The notes below the pieces were generated by a model. That model worked only from the letters and a program-made list of their open reading frames with translations, was not told the origin of the DNA and searched no databases. Below are positions 36,047-45,399 of a stretch of DNA of 64,000 nt, one piece after another. The stretch is from Kofleriaceae bacterium (GTDB lineage: Bacteria > Myxococcota_A > Polyangia > Haliangiales > Haliangiaceae): the NCBI GenBank assembly GCA_039935615.1, contig JBDTJY010000032.1, positions 14,265-78,264 on the forward strand, read 5' to 3'. Both the position numbers and the translations under genes were made by a program. Each line of letters starts with the position of its first letter. Position 1 is the stretch's first letter.

Positions 36047-37191
36047 GCGTGCGACTCCTCGGTCACCGCGACGATATGGACGTCGAGGTCGGTGGCCTCG
36101 CGCAGCAGGCGCAGCGGGGCCGAGCGGCCCATCAACTGACGCCACCACGGCTGATGCGAGCGCCCGATCAAGATGTGGCCGACATCGTGCGAGCGGGCAA
36201 AGTCGATCAGTGCCGGCACCGGATCCTTCGCACGCAACCGCACGACCTCGGCGCCGAGCTCGCGCGCGAGCTCGATGTTGCCGAGCAGGTGGCGCTGCGC
36301 TTCCGAATCGATCCGCTCGGGCGCCTCGCGCGGTGTCTCGACGTAGACCACGAACCAGTCCCCCGACAACCGACCCGCCATCCGCGAGCCCTTGCGCAGC
36401 AGCATCTCGGCATGCGGCGGATACGACGACATGCACACCATCACGCGCGCATGCACGGCCCGTGGCTCGCCCGCCGCCGTGCGCGCCTTCGATTCACTCT
36501 GGCGTTCGATCGATTCGGCGACCTCGCGCAGCGCGAGCTCGCGCAGCGTGGCGAGATTCGCGTCCTTGAAGAAGTGATCCATCGCCCACGCCACCTTGTC
36601 GGCCGCGTAGATCTTGCCGGACTTGAGGCGCTCGAGCAGATCCTCGACGGCGAGGTCGAGGTTGACGACCTGGACGGCCTCCTTGAGGAAGCGATCCGGC
36701 ACGGTCTCGTGGATCGCGACGCCGGTGACCTTCATCACCACATCGTTGAGCGACTCGAGGTGCTGGATGTTGAGCGCACCGATCACGTTGATCCCAGCCG
36801 CGAGTAGCTCGATCACGTCCTGGTAACGCTTCTTGTTCTTGCTACCGGGCGCGTTGGTGTGAGGAATCTCGTCGATGACACAGATCGCCGGCTTGCGCCG
36901 CAGGATCGCATCGACGTCCATCTCCTCGATCTCGACGCCGCGATACTCGACCTTGCGGCGCCCCACGACCTCGAGGCCGGCGACCAGCGCTTCGGTCTCG
37001 GCTCGACCGTGGGTCTCGACAAAGCCGATCACGACATCGACGCCGCGCTTCGCGAGCGCGTGTGCCTCCTCGAGCATGCGATAGGTCTTGCCGACTCCGG
37101 CGGCAAACCCGATGTAGAGCTTGAGCCCGCCGCGGCGAGTGCGCTGGACCAACTCGAGGAAGTCCTCGGCGCGCGGGCGGGTGGCCGTCAC
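36043..37191 (-). CDS. kdpD: Stand-alone KdpD N-terminal sensor module (KdpD domain + Usp domain), no TM or kinase part
   Basis: 382 aa from GTG 37191 (GTGA overlap with the kdpC stop). LKLYIGFAAGVGKTYRMLEEAHALAKRGVDVVIGFVETHGRAET..., HTNAPGSKNKKRYQDV, then Usp-like RVMVCMSS...DFARSHDVGHILIGRS. Confidence 0.9.
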   Translation of the reverse strand: MTATRPRAEDFLELVQRTRRGGLKLYIGFAAGVGKTYRMLEEAHALAKRGVDVVIGFVETHGRAETEALVAGLEVVGRRKVEYRGVEIEEMDVDAILRRKPAICVIDEIPHTNAPGSKNKKRYQDVIELLAAGINVIGALNIQHLESLNDVVMKVTGVAIHETVPDRFLKEAVQVVNLDLAVEDLLERLKSGKIYAADKVAWAMDHFFKDANLATLRELALREVAESIERQSESKARTAAGEPRAVHARVMVCMSSYPPHAEMLLRKGSRMAGRLSGDWFVVYVETPREAPERIDSEAQRHLLGNIELARELGAEVVRLRAKDPVPALIDFARSHDVGHILIGRSHQPWWRQLMGRSAPLRLLREATDLDVHIVAVTEESHA

Positions 37192-37850
37192 TTTGCCAGG
37201 GTAGCTCCGCCCTCGCTCGCCAGGTGAGCTGGCCGCCCGAACTTGCGGTCGAGCGCGAGGTTGACCGCGAGCACGTTGACGCGCGGCTCGCCGAGCAAGC
37301 CGAGCTCGCGGCCGTCGGTGTTGGCGTCGATCACGGCCTGGACGCGCGCGACCTCGACGCCGCGCGCCTTCGCGATCCGCGCGGCCTGGAACCTCGCGTT
37401 GTCGGGGCTGACGTCGGGATCGAGGCCGCTCGCCGAGCGCGTCACCGCGTCGACCGGCACCCACTCGCTCGCGGTCAGGCCGTTGGTCTCGCGATAGTCG
37501 TGGGCGAGCTGGGTCACGCCGATGAACGACTCGTCGACCTCCTTGGTCGCGGGGTCATCGACCGCGCCATCGCGCAGCTTCTTCGAGGTCGGCCCGAGGT
37601 TGGTGCCACCCGAGCTCGCCGCGTCGTAGCCACTCGCCGAGGGCCGCGGCCACACGTACTCGGGTGCGGTGAAGCCCTGGCCGAGCAGCTCGGAGCCGAC
37701 CTCGTGCCCCTTGTCGTCGACGACGATCGAGCCGTTCGCACGATGCGGGAACAGCACCTGGGCGGCGCCGGTGACGACGAGTGGATAGACGAGCCCGGTG
37801 AGGACCAAGGTGACGAGCGTGGCGCGCAGCGCGGTGACGAAGGTCTCCAT
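37188..37850 (-). CDS. kdpC: K+-transporting ATPase subunit C
   Basis: 220 aa. [28 protein letters not shown]..., GGTNLGPTSKKL. ATG shares one base with the kdpB stop. Confidence 0.93.
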   Translation of the reverse strand: METFVTALRATLVTLVLTGLVYPLVVTGAAQVLFPHRANGSIVVDDKGHEVGSELLGQGFTAPEYVWPRPSASGYDAASSGGTNLGPTSKKLRDGAVDDPATKEVDESFIGVTQLAHDYRETNGLTASEWVPVDAVTRSASGLDPDVSPDNARFQAARIAKARGVEVARVQAVIDANTDGRELGLLGEPRVNVLAVNLALDRKFGRPAHLASEGGATLAK

Positions 37851-39880
37851 TACACGGCTCCGATCGCCTGGAGGACCAGGTCGATGAGCTTGATCCCCAC
37901 GAACGGCGCGACGACGCCACCGAAGCCGTAGATCACGAGCGAGCGGCGGAGGATCGCGGCGGCGCCGAGCGGCCGGTACTTCACGCCCTTCAGCGCGAGC
38001 GGGATCAAGATGATGATGATGATCGCGTTGAAGATCACGGCGGACAGCACCGCCGACAGCGGCGACGCGAGGTGCATGACGTTGAGCGGCGCGATCTGCG
38101 GATACACGCCCATGAACATCGCCGGCAGGATCGCGAAGTACTTCGCGACGTCGTTCGCGATCGAGAACGTGGTGAGCGACCCGCGTGTCATCAACAATTG
38201 CTTGCCGACCTCGACGACCTCGAGCAGCTTCGTCGGATCGGAGTCGAGGTCGACCATGTTGCCGGCCTCTTTCGCGGCCTGTGTGCCGGTGTTCATCGCG
38301 ACGCCGACATCGGCTTGCGCGAGCGCCGGCGCATCGTTCGTGCCGTCGCCGGTCATCGCGACGAGCTTGCCCTTGGCCTGCTCGTCTCGGATCAAGTTCA
38401 TCTTGGTCTCGGGCGTCGCCTCCGCGAGGAAGTCGTCGACCCCAGCCTCGGCCGCGATCGCCTTCGCGGTACGCGGGTTATCGCCGGTCACCATCACCGT
38501 GCGAATGCCCATCGCGCGGAACCGCGAGAACCGCTCGCGGATGCCCTGCTTGACGATGTCCTTCAGGTGGATCACGCCGAGCACGCGCTTGTCGTCGGAC
38601 ACGGCGAGTGGCGTGCCGCCGGTGTCGCCGATCTTGTCGGCGGCGTCTTTGACGTCGGCCGGCAGGTTACCGACGTACTTGCCGATCGCATCGACGGCGC
38701 CCTTGCGGACTTCGCGATCGGCTATATCCACACCGCTCATCCGGGTCTGCGCGGTGAACTTGATGAATGTCGCGTTCGCGATCTCGCGCGGCGGGACGCC
38801 GTAGGTGTCCTTGACGATCGCGACGATCGATCGCCCCTCGGGGGTCTCATCCGCGAGGCTCGACAACATCGCCGCCTCCGCGAGGTCCTCGATCCGCACA
38901 CCGGCCGCAGGCAGCAGTTCGCTCGCCATCCGGTTGCCGAGCGTGATCGTGCCAGTCTTGTCGAGCAGCAGCACGTCGACATCGCCCGCGGCTTCGACCG
39001 CGCGACCGCTCATCGCGATCACGTTCTTGCGCATCAAGCGATCCATCCCGGCGATGCCGATCGCCGAGAGCAACCCGCCGATCGTCGTCGGGATCAGGCA
39101 CACCAACAGCGCGACCATCACGGTCCCCGACAGGTGGACACCCGAGTAGATGCCGAGCGGCACCAGCGTCACGGTCGCGATCAGGAACACGATCGTGAGC
39201 CCGACCAGCAAGATGTGCAGCGCGATCTCGTTCGGCGTCTTCTGCCGCGACGCACCCTCGACCAGCGCGATCATCTTGTCGAGGAACGACTCGCCGGGGT
39301 CCGCCGCGATCCGGACGACGATCCGATCCGAGAGCACCTTCGTCCCACCCGTCACCGACGAGCGATCGCCGCCCGACTCGCGGATCACGGGCGCGGACTC
39401 GCCGGTGATCGCCGACTCGTCGACCGACGCGATCCCCTCGACGATCTCGCCGTCGCCGGGGATCATCTGATTCGCTTCGACGACGACGAGGTCACCCTTG
39501 CGGAGCAGCGACGCCGGCGTGAGCTCGGCCAGCTCCTTACCGTCGACGAGCTTGCGCGCGCTGGTCTCCTGCCGCATCTTGCGCAGCGAATCGGCCTGGG
39601 CCTTGCCGCGGCCTTCGGCGACCGCCTCGGCGAAGTTCGCGAACAGCACGGTGAACCACAGCCACAGTGTGATCGCGATCGTGAACCACAGCGGCGAGCT
39701 CGGCGTGCCGATCAGATCGCGCACCACGAACACCGTGGTCAGCACCGAGCCGATCATCACGACGAACATCACCGGGTTCTTGTAGAGCACCCGCGGATCG
39801 AGCTTGACGAAGCTGTCGCGGACCGCCGCGCGCAGCAGCGACGGATCGAACATCGAGATCTTCTTACTCTGGCTCGCCAT
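37850..39880 (-). CDS. kdpB: K+-transporting P-type ATPase subunit B
   Basis: 676 aa from ATG 39880 ([30 protein letters not shown]). [27 protein letters not shown]. Confidence 0.96.
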   Translation of the reverse strand: MASQSKKISMFDPSLLRAAVRDSFVKLDPRVLYKNPVMFVVMIGSVLTTVFVVRDLIGTPSSPLWFTIAITLWLWFTVLFANFAEAVAEGRGKAQADSLRKMRQETSARKLVDGKELAELTPASLLRKGDLVVVEANQMIPGDGEIVEGIASVDESAITGESAPVIRESGGDRSSVTGGTKVLSDRIVVRIAADPGESFLDKMIALVEGASRQKTPNEIALHILLVGLTIVFLIATVTLVPLGIYSGVHLSGTVMVALLVCLIPTTIGGLLSAIGIAGMDRLMRKNVIAMSGRAVEAAGDVDVLLLDKTGTITLGNRMASELLPAAGVRIEDLAEAAMLSSLADETPEGRSIVAIVKDTYGVPPREIANATFIKFTAQTRMSGVDIADREVRKGAVDAIGKYVGNLPADVKDAADKIGDTGGTPLAVSDDKRVLGVIHLKDIVKQGIRERFSRFRAMGIRTVMVTGDNPRTAKAIAAEAGVDDFLAEATPETKMNLIRDEQAKGKLVAMTGDGTNDAPALAQADVGVAMNTGTQAAKEAGNMVDLDSDPTKLLEVVEVGKQLLMTRGSLTTFSIANDVAKYFAILPAMFMGVYPQIAPLNVMHLASPLSAVLSAVIFNAIIIIILIPLALKGVKYRPLGAAAILRRSLVIYGFGGVVAPFVGIKLIDLVLQAIGAV

Positions 39881-41595
39881 CACAGCACCTCGCCGCGCAG
39901 GGTCTGGAAGTGTTCGACCACCGGACCCAGCGACAGCGCCGGAAAGAACGTCAGCGCGCCGACGACCACGATGACCGCGACGAGCAGCGCCGTGAACAAC
40001 CAGCCATTCGTCGGGAACGTGCCGAGCCCGGGCGCGACGGTCTTCTTGTTGAGCATCACGCCGGCGAGGCCGAGCGCGGGCAAGATCATGAAGAACCGGC
40101 CCGCGAGCATCGCGAAGCCGAGACAGATGTTCCACCAGTCGGTGTTCGCGTCGAGACCACCGAACGCCGAGCCGTTGTTGCCGGCCGCGCTCGTGAACGC
40201 GTACAGCATCTCCGACAGGCCGTGCGAGCCGGCGTTGCCGACCGAAGAGCTGCCATAGCTCGCGACCGCCGCCCACCCGGTGAAGCAGAGGATGATCAGC
40301 GGGAACACGAGCACGTAGAGCATCGCGAGCTTCATCTCGCGGCCCTCGATCTTCTTGCCGAGATACTCCGGTGTGCGCCCGACCATCAAGCCCGCGATGA
40401 ACACCGTCAGCACGACGAAGATCAGCATCCCGTAGAGGCCGGCGCCGACGCCGCCGAGCACGACCTCGCCGAGCTGGATGTTGACCATCGGCACGAGCCC
40501 ACCGAGCGGCGTGAAGCTGTCGTGCCACGCGTTGACCGCACCGCACGAGGCGTCGGTGGTCACCGTCGCGAACAGCGCGGAGTTCGCGACGCCGAATCGG
40601 AGCTCCTTGCCCTCCAGGTTGCCGCCCGCGACCGCGAGCCCGTGCATCGCCGGGTTCGGATGCGACTCGGCCCAGTACGTCACCGCCACGCCGGCGAAGA
40701 ACAACACCGACATCGCGGCGAGCAGGACCCAGCCTTGCCGCTGGTCCTTCGCCATCCGGCCGTACGTGTACGTGAGCCCCGCGGGGATCGCGAAGATCAG
40801 CACGAGCTCGAGGAAGTTCGTGACCGCGCTCGGGTTCTCGAACGGATGGGCACTGTTCGCATTGAAGAAGCCGCCGCCGTTCGTGCCGAGCTCCTTGATC
40901 GCTTCTTGCGACGCGACCGGGCCCATCGCGATCAGTTGCTTGCCGCCCTCGAGCGTCGTGATCGAGTGGTAGCCGGCGAGGTTCTGGATCACGCCCTGCG
41001 AGACCAGGACCAGCGCGACGACGACGCAGATCGGCAGCAGCACGTAGACGATGCCGCGGATCAGGTCGACGTAGAAGTTGCCGACGCCCCGGCTGCCGTC
41101 CGGGCCGGGGCGCCGCGTGAGGCCGCGGGCGACGACGAGCGCGACACCGAGACCGGCGGCGGCCGACGTGAAGTTGTGCCACGCCAACCCGGCCATCTGG
41201 GTGAAGTAGCTCATCGTCGTCTCGGGGACGTACGACTGCCAGTTGGTGTTCGTCGTGAAGCTCGCGGCGGCGTTGAACGACAGCGCGGCCGGCACGTTGC
41301 CGAGGTGCTGCGGGTTGAGCGGCAGCGACCCCTGCGTGCGCTGGATCAGATACGTCACGATCAGGCCGAGCGCGCTGAACACGAGCATCGCGATCGCGTA
41401 CTGCAACCACGATTGCTCGCGCGACGCGCGCAGCCCGCACGACCGCAACAGGCCGCGCTCGAGCCGGCCGAGCGTGCGCGGTAGTGGCCGCGTGTCGCCC
41501 TCGAACACGCGAAACATGTACGCGCCGAGCGGCTTCGTGAGCGCGACGATCACGAGGAAGAAGCAGATGATCTGCAGCCAGCCGTTGAACGTCAT
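39880..41595 (-). CDS. kdpA: K+-transporting ATPase subunit A
   Basis: 571 aa polytopic membrane protein. [27 protein letters not shown]... Typical KdpA length and start. Confidence 0.95.
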   Translation of the reverse strand: MTFNGWLQIICFFLVIVALTKPLGAYMFRVFEGDTRPLPRTLGRLERGLLRSCGLRASREQSWLQYAIAMLVFSALGLIVTYLIQRTQGSLPLNPQHLGNVPAALSFNAAASFTTNTNWQSYVPETTMSYFTQMAGLAWHNFTSAAAGLGVALVVARGLTRRPGPDGSRGVGNFYVDLIRGIVYVLLPICVVVALVLVSQGVIQNLAGYHSITTLEGGKQLIAMGPVASQEAIKELGTNGGGFFNANSAHPFENPSAVTNFLELVLIFAIPAGLTYTYGRMAKDQRQGWVLLAAMSVLFFAGVAVTYWAESHPNPAMHGLAVAGGNLEGKELRFGVANSALFATVTTDASCGAVNAWHDSFTPLGGLVPMVNIQLGEVVLGGVGAGLYGMLIFVVLTVFIAGLMVGRTPEYLGKKIEGREMKLAMLYVLVFPLIILCFTGWAAVASYGSSSVGNAGSHGLSEMLYAFTSAAGNNGSAFGGLDANTDWWNICLGFAMLAGRFFMILPALGLAGVMLNKKTVAPGLGTFPTNGWLFTALLVAVIVVVGALTFFPALSLGPVVEHFQTLRGEVL

Positions 41596-41684
41596 CAGAA
41601 CTGCTCCGGCCCGAGCAAGGCGTAGACGAGATAGACGGCGACGAGCACCGCGACGACGAGCCCGAGCAGATATTCGGTGGACAT
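41595..41684 (-). CDS. kdpF: K+-transporting ATPase subunit F (29 aa)
   Basis: [33 protein letters not shown] lies 6 nt upstream of the ATG. The stop shares one base with the kdpA ATG. Confidence 0.85.
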   Translation of the reverse strand: MSTEYLLGLVVAVLVAVYLVYALLGPEQF

Positions 41685-41770
41685 CACACGCTCCGGTCCA
41701 GCGAGCGCGCGTAGACCACCGCGACGGCGAAGAACGCAGCGGTCACGATCAAGAACACGACATCGGCCAT
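41684..41770 (-). CDS. Unannotated 28-codon hydrophobic ORF, KdpF-like single TM helix, coupled to kdpF
   Basis: My translation: MADVVFLIVTAAFFAVAVVYARSLDRSV. 26 of 28 sense codons end in G/C. Its TGA shares one base with the kdpF ATG (TGATG). GGGGTGA lies just upstream of its ATG. Confidence 0.45.
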   Translation of the reverse strand: MADVVFLIVTAAFFAVAVVYARSLDRSV

Positions 41771-41784
41771 TTTCACCCCACTCG

Positions 41785-41800
41785 TGCAGCACGAGTGCCA
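41785..41800 (-). promoter_or_regulatory. Candidate sigma54 (-24/-12) promoter TGGCAC-TCGTG-CTGCA for the kdp string
   Basis: The minus strand reads TGGCACTCGTGCTGCA. The GG and GC dinucleotides have the exact consensus spacing (consensus TGGCAC-N5-TTGCW). The motif is embedded in a 9-1-9 palindrome at 41779..41797. Predicted TSS is about 41772..41776. Confidence 0.55.
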
Positions 41801-41912
41801 CCACTCAGATCGCGGGAACTACTCGGGATGTGCCCCCTGTTCGGATCGCGGAGGCGGGCATTTCGCATGACCACGAACGAGGCATCGTGCAAAGCGCAGC
41901 CTGGGCGTTTCT

Positions 41913-41965
41913 GATCAAGAGGAGATCAAGGCCTTTACGGATTCTTGATCGTGGAGTCGATCTTG
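41913..41965. promoter_or_regulatory. Heptamer repeats GATCAAG (x2, 11-bp register), inverted CTTGATC and GATCTTG in the kdp/kimA-like divergent region
   Basis: gatcaag at 41913..41919 and 41924..41930. cttgatc at 41944..41950. gatcttg at 41959..41965. These lie about 115-165 bp upstream of the sigma54 motif and 15-67 bp upstream of the transporter ATG. Confidence 0.4.
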
Positions 41966-41979
41966 CTGATGCCGGTTGG

Positions 41980-43962
41980 ATGCGCGCCCTCGCCCATCGG
42001 CTGTTCGGTCGAGCTCGTGACCTTCGCGATCCGAGCATCTTTCATCAGATGAGCCTCGTCGCGTTCCTCGCGTGGGTCGGGCTCGGCGCGGATGGCTTGT
42101 CATCGTCGTCGTACGGTCCCGAAGAAGCGTTCAAGGCGCTCGGTCACTGGACGCCCGCCGGCACGTTCGTCCCCGATCACGCGTACCTCGCGGTGTTCCT
42201 CGCCGGCGCGATCGCGGCGACGGTCTTCATCATCTCGTGGAGCTATCGCCGGATCATCGAAGAGTTCCCGCACGGCGGTGGCGGCTACATCGTCGCGACC
42301 AAGCACCTCGGGCCGTACGTCGGCGCGCTGTCGGGCTCGGCGCTGCTCGTCGACTACGTGCTGACGATCGCGATCTCGCTTGCCTCGGGCGCGGACGCGA
42401 TCTTCAACTTCCTGCCCGATCGCTGGCTACCGTACAAGCTCGCGTGCGTGCTCGCCGTGCTCGCACTCCTCACGCTGATGAACCTACGCGGCGTGAAGGA
42501 ATCGGTGACCATCCTGATGCCGATCTTCATCATCTTCCTCGTCACCCATGCGTTCTTGATCTTTGGCGTGATCGGCACCCACGTCGGGCAGGTCGGCGAG
42601 ATCGCGCACACGGTCTCCGACGGCGCGCACTCGCACCTCAGCGCGGTCGGCTTCATCGGCGTCGCGCTCGTGTTCATGCGCGCGTTCTCCCTCGGCGGCG
42701 GCACGTTCACCGGCATCGAGGCGGTCTCGAATGGCATCGGCATCATGCGCGAGCCGCGGGTCCGCACCGCGAAGCGCACGATGCTGTTGATGGCGACGTC
42801 GCTCGCGATCACGGCGAGCGGCATCTTGCTCGCGTATCTCCTGCTCCACGTCGTGCCCGAGCACGGCAAGACGATGAACGGCCTGCTCGCCGAGAAGTTC
42901 GTCGGCGACGGCGCGCTCGGCACGATCTTCGTGATCGTGACGATGGTGTCCGAAGGCGCGCTGCTGTTCGTCGCCGCGCAGGCCGGCTTCCTCGACGGAC
43001 CGCGCGTGATGGCAAACATGGCGCTCGACAAGTGGCTGCCGAGCCGGATGGCCGCGCTGTCCGAGCAGCTCACGATGCACAACGGCGTCTATCTGATGGC
43101 GGTCGCCGCGGCGCTCGTCCTGGTCTACACGCATGGCTCGGTCGACGCGCTCGTCGTGATGTACAGCATCAACGTGTTCATCACGTTCACGCTATCGAAC
43201 GTCGCGATGATCCGTCACGCCGCCCACGCACGTGAGGGCCGCTGGCGCCGCGCGATCTTCGTCCACAGCCTCGCCGCGACGGTGTGCGCGATGATCCTGG
43301 TCGTCACGCTGGTCGAGAAGTTCACCGAGGGCGGCTGGATCACGAGCGTGATCACCGCGACGCTGGTCGTCGTGTGCATCGCGATCCGCGCGCATTATCG
43401 CCGGGTCGGCACGAAGGTCGCCGAGCTCTCGAAGCAGCTCGACCTCGACATCCCGCCGCCGGCCGAGCTGTACACGACCGCCGAGCTCGATCCGACGAAG
43501 TCGACCGCGGTCGTCCTCGCCGGCGGCTACAGCGGTCTCGGCCTGCACACGCTGATGCAGATTCCGCGCGTGTTCCCGAATCAGTTCGAGCAGGTCGTGT
43601 TCCTCGCGGTCGGCGTGATCGATGCCGGCGTGTTCAAGGGCAAGGACGAGGTCGATCGGATGCGAGCGAAGATCGACGCTGACCTCGACAAGTACGTCAC
43701 GTTCGCGCGCACGCACATGGGCTGGGCCGCCGAGAACGACTCCGCGATCGGCACCGAAGCGGTCAGCGAGCTCGATAGCCTGTGCCGGCAGCTCGCGCTG
43801 CGGTTCCCGCGATCCGTGTTCTTCGCAGGCAAGCTCGTGTTCCAGCACGACAGTTGGTACCAGCGCATCCTGCACAACGAGACCGCGATCGCGGTCGAGC
43901 GTCGCCTGCACTTCGCGGGGTTACCGATGATCGTGCTGCCGATCCGGATCATGGGATCTTGA
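41980..43962 (+). CDS. APC-superfamily transporter with cytoplasmic C-terminal domain, KimA (YdaO)-like K+/H+ symporter candidate
   Basis: 660 aa from ATG 41980 (MRALAHRLFGRARDL...). Motifs I associate with KimA: SSSYGPEEA, FPHGGGGYIVATKHLG, SALLVDYVLTIAISLASGADAI, FTGIEAVSNGIGIMREP, C-terminal WYQRILHNETA. The track ORF 41677.. is over-extended. Confidence 0.8.
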   Translation: MRALAHRLFGRARDLRDPSIFHQMSLVAFLAWVGLGADGLSSSSYGPEEAFKALGHWTPAGTFVPDHAYLAVFLAGAIAATVFIISWSYRRIIEEFPHGGGGYIVATKHLGPYVGALSGSALLVDYVLTIAISLASGADAIFNFLPDRWLPYKLACVLAVLALLTLMNLRGVKESVTILMPIFIIFLVTHAFLIFGVIGTHVGQVGEIAHTVSDGAHSHLSAVGFIGVALVFMRAFSLGGGTFTGIEAVSNGIGIMREPRVRTAKRTMLLMATSLAITASGILLAYLLLHVVPEHGKTMNGLLAEKFVGDGALGTIFVIVTMVSEGALLFVAAQAGFLDGPRVMANMALDKWLPSRMAALSEQLTMHNGVYLMAVAAALVLVYTHGSVDALVVMYSINVFITFTLSNVAMIRHAAHAREGRWRRAIFVHSLAATVCAMILVVTLVEKFTEGGWITSVITATLVVVCIAIRAHYRRVGTKVAELSKQLDLDIPPPAELYTTAELDPTKSTAVVLAGGYSGLGLHTLMQIPRVFPNQFEQVVFLAVGVIDAGVFKGKDEVDRMRAKIDADLDKYVTFARTHMGWAAENDSAIGTEAVSELDSLCRQLALRFPRSVFFAGKLVFQHDSWYQRILHNETAIAVERRLHFAGLPMIVLPIRIMGS

Positions 43963-43997
43963 CGCCATCTTGATGTGACCGGAGCTATCCATGTGGT

Positions 43998-44204
43998 GTG
44001 GACCGCGACGACCGAACCATCTACCTCGCACTCGTGTTGATCGGCATGCTGCCGCTGATCGGTGCCATCGTGATCGGCGGTCCTGTCGGCTCGGGCGTGA
44101 CCGTGTGCTTCTTGATGGTCGTATTCGGGATCGCGGGGGTAGTCCATGACACCTTCCACCACCGGCCACCGCAGGCGCGCGTCTCTCGCGATCGCGACCG
44201 CTAG
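43998..44204 (+). CDS. Possible 68-aa two-TM membrane protein
   Basis: Track ORF with a GTG start. Hydrophobic segments IYLALVLIGMLPLIGAIVIGG and VTVCFLMVVFGIAGVV. It overlaps the first 59 nt of the next gene if that gene starts at 44146. Codon bias does not discriminate. Confidence 0.3.
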   Translation: MDRDDRTIYLALVLIGMLPLIGAIVIGGPVGSGVTVCFLMVVFGIAGVVHDTFHHRPPQARVSRDRDR

Positions 44205-45399
44205 GCGCTACGGCGTCGCCGTCCTCGGCGTGGTCGCGGCGACCGTGGCCGCGAGCGCGTTGGGCGATCACATTACCGTGGCCGATCAGGCGATGCTGTT
44301 CCTGCCGGCGATCCTCCTCGCCGCGCTCGGTGGGCGCGGCCCGAGCCTCGCCGCGGCTGCGCTGTCGGTCGCCGCGTTCGACTTCTTCTTCGTCGAGCCG
44401 CGCCTCACGTTCGCGGTCTCGGACCTCCACTCGATCGTCACGTTCGTCGTGATGTTCGTGGTCGGTAGCGCGATCGGCACGTTGGTCGCGCGGCTGCGTG
44501 CCGCCGAGGAGGCCAGCCGCGAGCGCGAGCGTCGCACCGCCGCGTTGCTCGCGTTCACGCGCGATGCCGCCGCGGCGACCGACGAGGCCGGGGTCGTCGC
44601 GGCGGTCGAGGCACATCGAGTCGCCTCCGATCAGCCGGCGTTCGTCGACGCGGTCGCCCGTCAGGCGGAGGTCGCGATCGGCCGTTTGCAGCTCGCCACG
44701 GTCGCGCGCGATGCCGCGTTGCGAGCCAAGGCCGAGGAGCTGCGCAGCGCGCTGCTGTCGTCGGTGTCACACGATCTGCGGACGCCGCTCGCGGCGATCA
44801 CCGGCATGGCGACGTCGCTGCGCGATCGCGTGGGCGCGAACCTGGAGCTCGACACGATCATCGAGGAGGCGCAGCGCCTGAGCCGACTGCTGACGAACCT
44901 GCTCGCGATCACGAAGGTCGAGAGCGGCGCCGCACCCCGCCGCGACTGGGTACCGCTCGAAGAGATCGTCGGCTCGGCGCTCGCGCGGTTGGACCACGAG
45001 CTCGCCGATCGCACGATCACCGTCGACGTGCCGGCGCTCGCCCACATCGATCCGATCCTCGTCGAGCAGTTGCTGCTCAACCTGCTCGAGAACGCGGCGA
45101 AGCACACCCCGCCCGGGACGCCGATCGACGTGCGCGCCTCGCGCGGTGTCGATCGCGCGGTCCTCGAGGTCTCCGATCGCGGCCCGGGGATTCCCGCCGA
45201 CGCGCGCGCGCACGTGTTCGACAAGTTCTTCCGCGGCAACGCGTCGGTCCCCGGCGCCGGCCTCGGCCTCGCGGTGTGTCGCGGCATCGCGGCCGCCCAC
45301 CTGGGTGGCATCGAGGCGCTGCCGCGCGATGGTGGCGGCACGCGGTTCGTCGCCTGGTTTCCCGACGCCGAGCCGGTGCCGGCGGAGGTGCTGCCATGA
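44146..45399 (+). CDS. kdpD: Histidine kinase corresponding to the C-terminal half of KdpD (DUF4118 TM domain, linker, HisKA, HATPase)
   Basis: 417 aa. TM block LGVVAATVAASALGDHITVADQAMLFLPAILLAALGG...FDFFFVEP. H-box SSVSHDLRTPLAAI, then LLENAAKHTP, DRGPGIP, GAGLGLAVCRGI. It has no KdpD-N or Usp part. The start could be slightly downstream. Confidence 0.85.
   Translation: MTPSTTGHRRRASLAIATARRYGVAVLGVVAATVAASALGDHITVADQAMLFLPAILLAALGGRGPSLAAAALSVAAFDFFFVEPRLTFAVSDLHSIVTFVVMFVVGSAIGTLVARLRAAEEASRERERRTAALLAFTRDAAAATDEAGVVAAVEAHRVASDQPAFVDAVARQAEVAIGRLQLATVARDAALRAKAEELRSALLSSVSHDLRTPLAAITGMATSLRDRVGANLELDTIIEEAQRLSRLLTNLLAITKVESGAAPRRDWVPLEEIVGSALARLDHELADRTITVDVPALAHIDPILVEQLLLNLLENAAKHTPPGTPIDVRASRGVDRAVLEVSDRGPGIPADARAHVFDKFFRGNASVPGAGLGLAVCRGIAAAHLGGIEALPRDGGGTRFVAWFPDAEPVPAEVLP

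Noticed and set aside
41888-41904. Second sigma54-like element on the minus strand (CCAGGCTGCGCTTTGCA) in the kdp upstream region.
   Set aside because: The GG to GC spacing is one nucleotide short of the consensus.
41801-41979. Possible ydaO-type c-di-AMP riboswitch or other leader structure upstream of the KimA-like gene.
   Set aside because: I could not recognise the conserved pseudo-symmetric ydaO core by eye. The region is short and shared with the kdp promoter. A covariance-model scan is needed to exclude it properly.
43991-44150. ATG at 43991 with a good GGAG Shine-Dalgarno 6 nt upstream.
   Set aside because: That frame translates to Arg-rich nonsense (MWCGPRRPNHLPRTRVDRH...). Only the GTG 43998 frame gives a membrane-protein-like product, which I list with low confidence.
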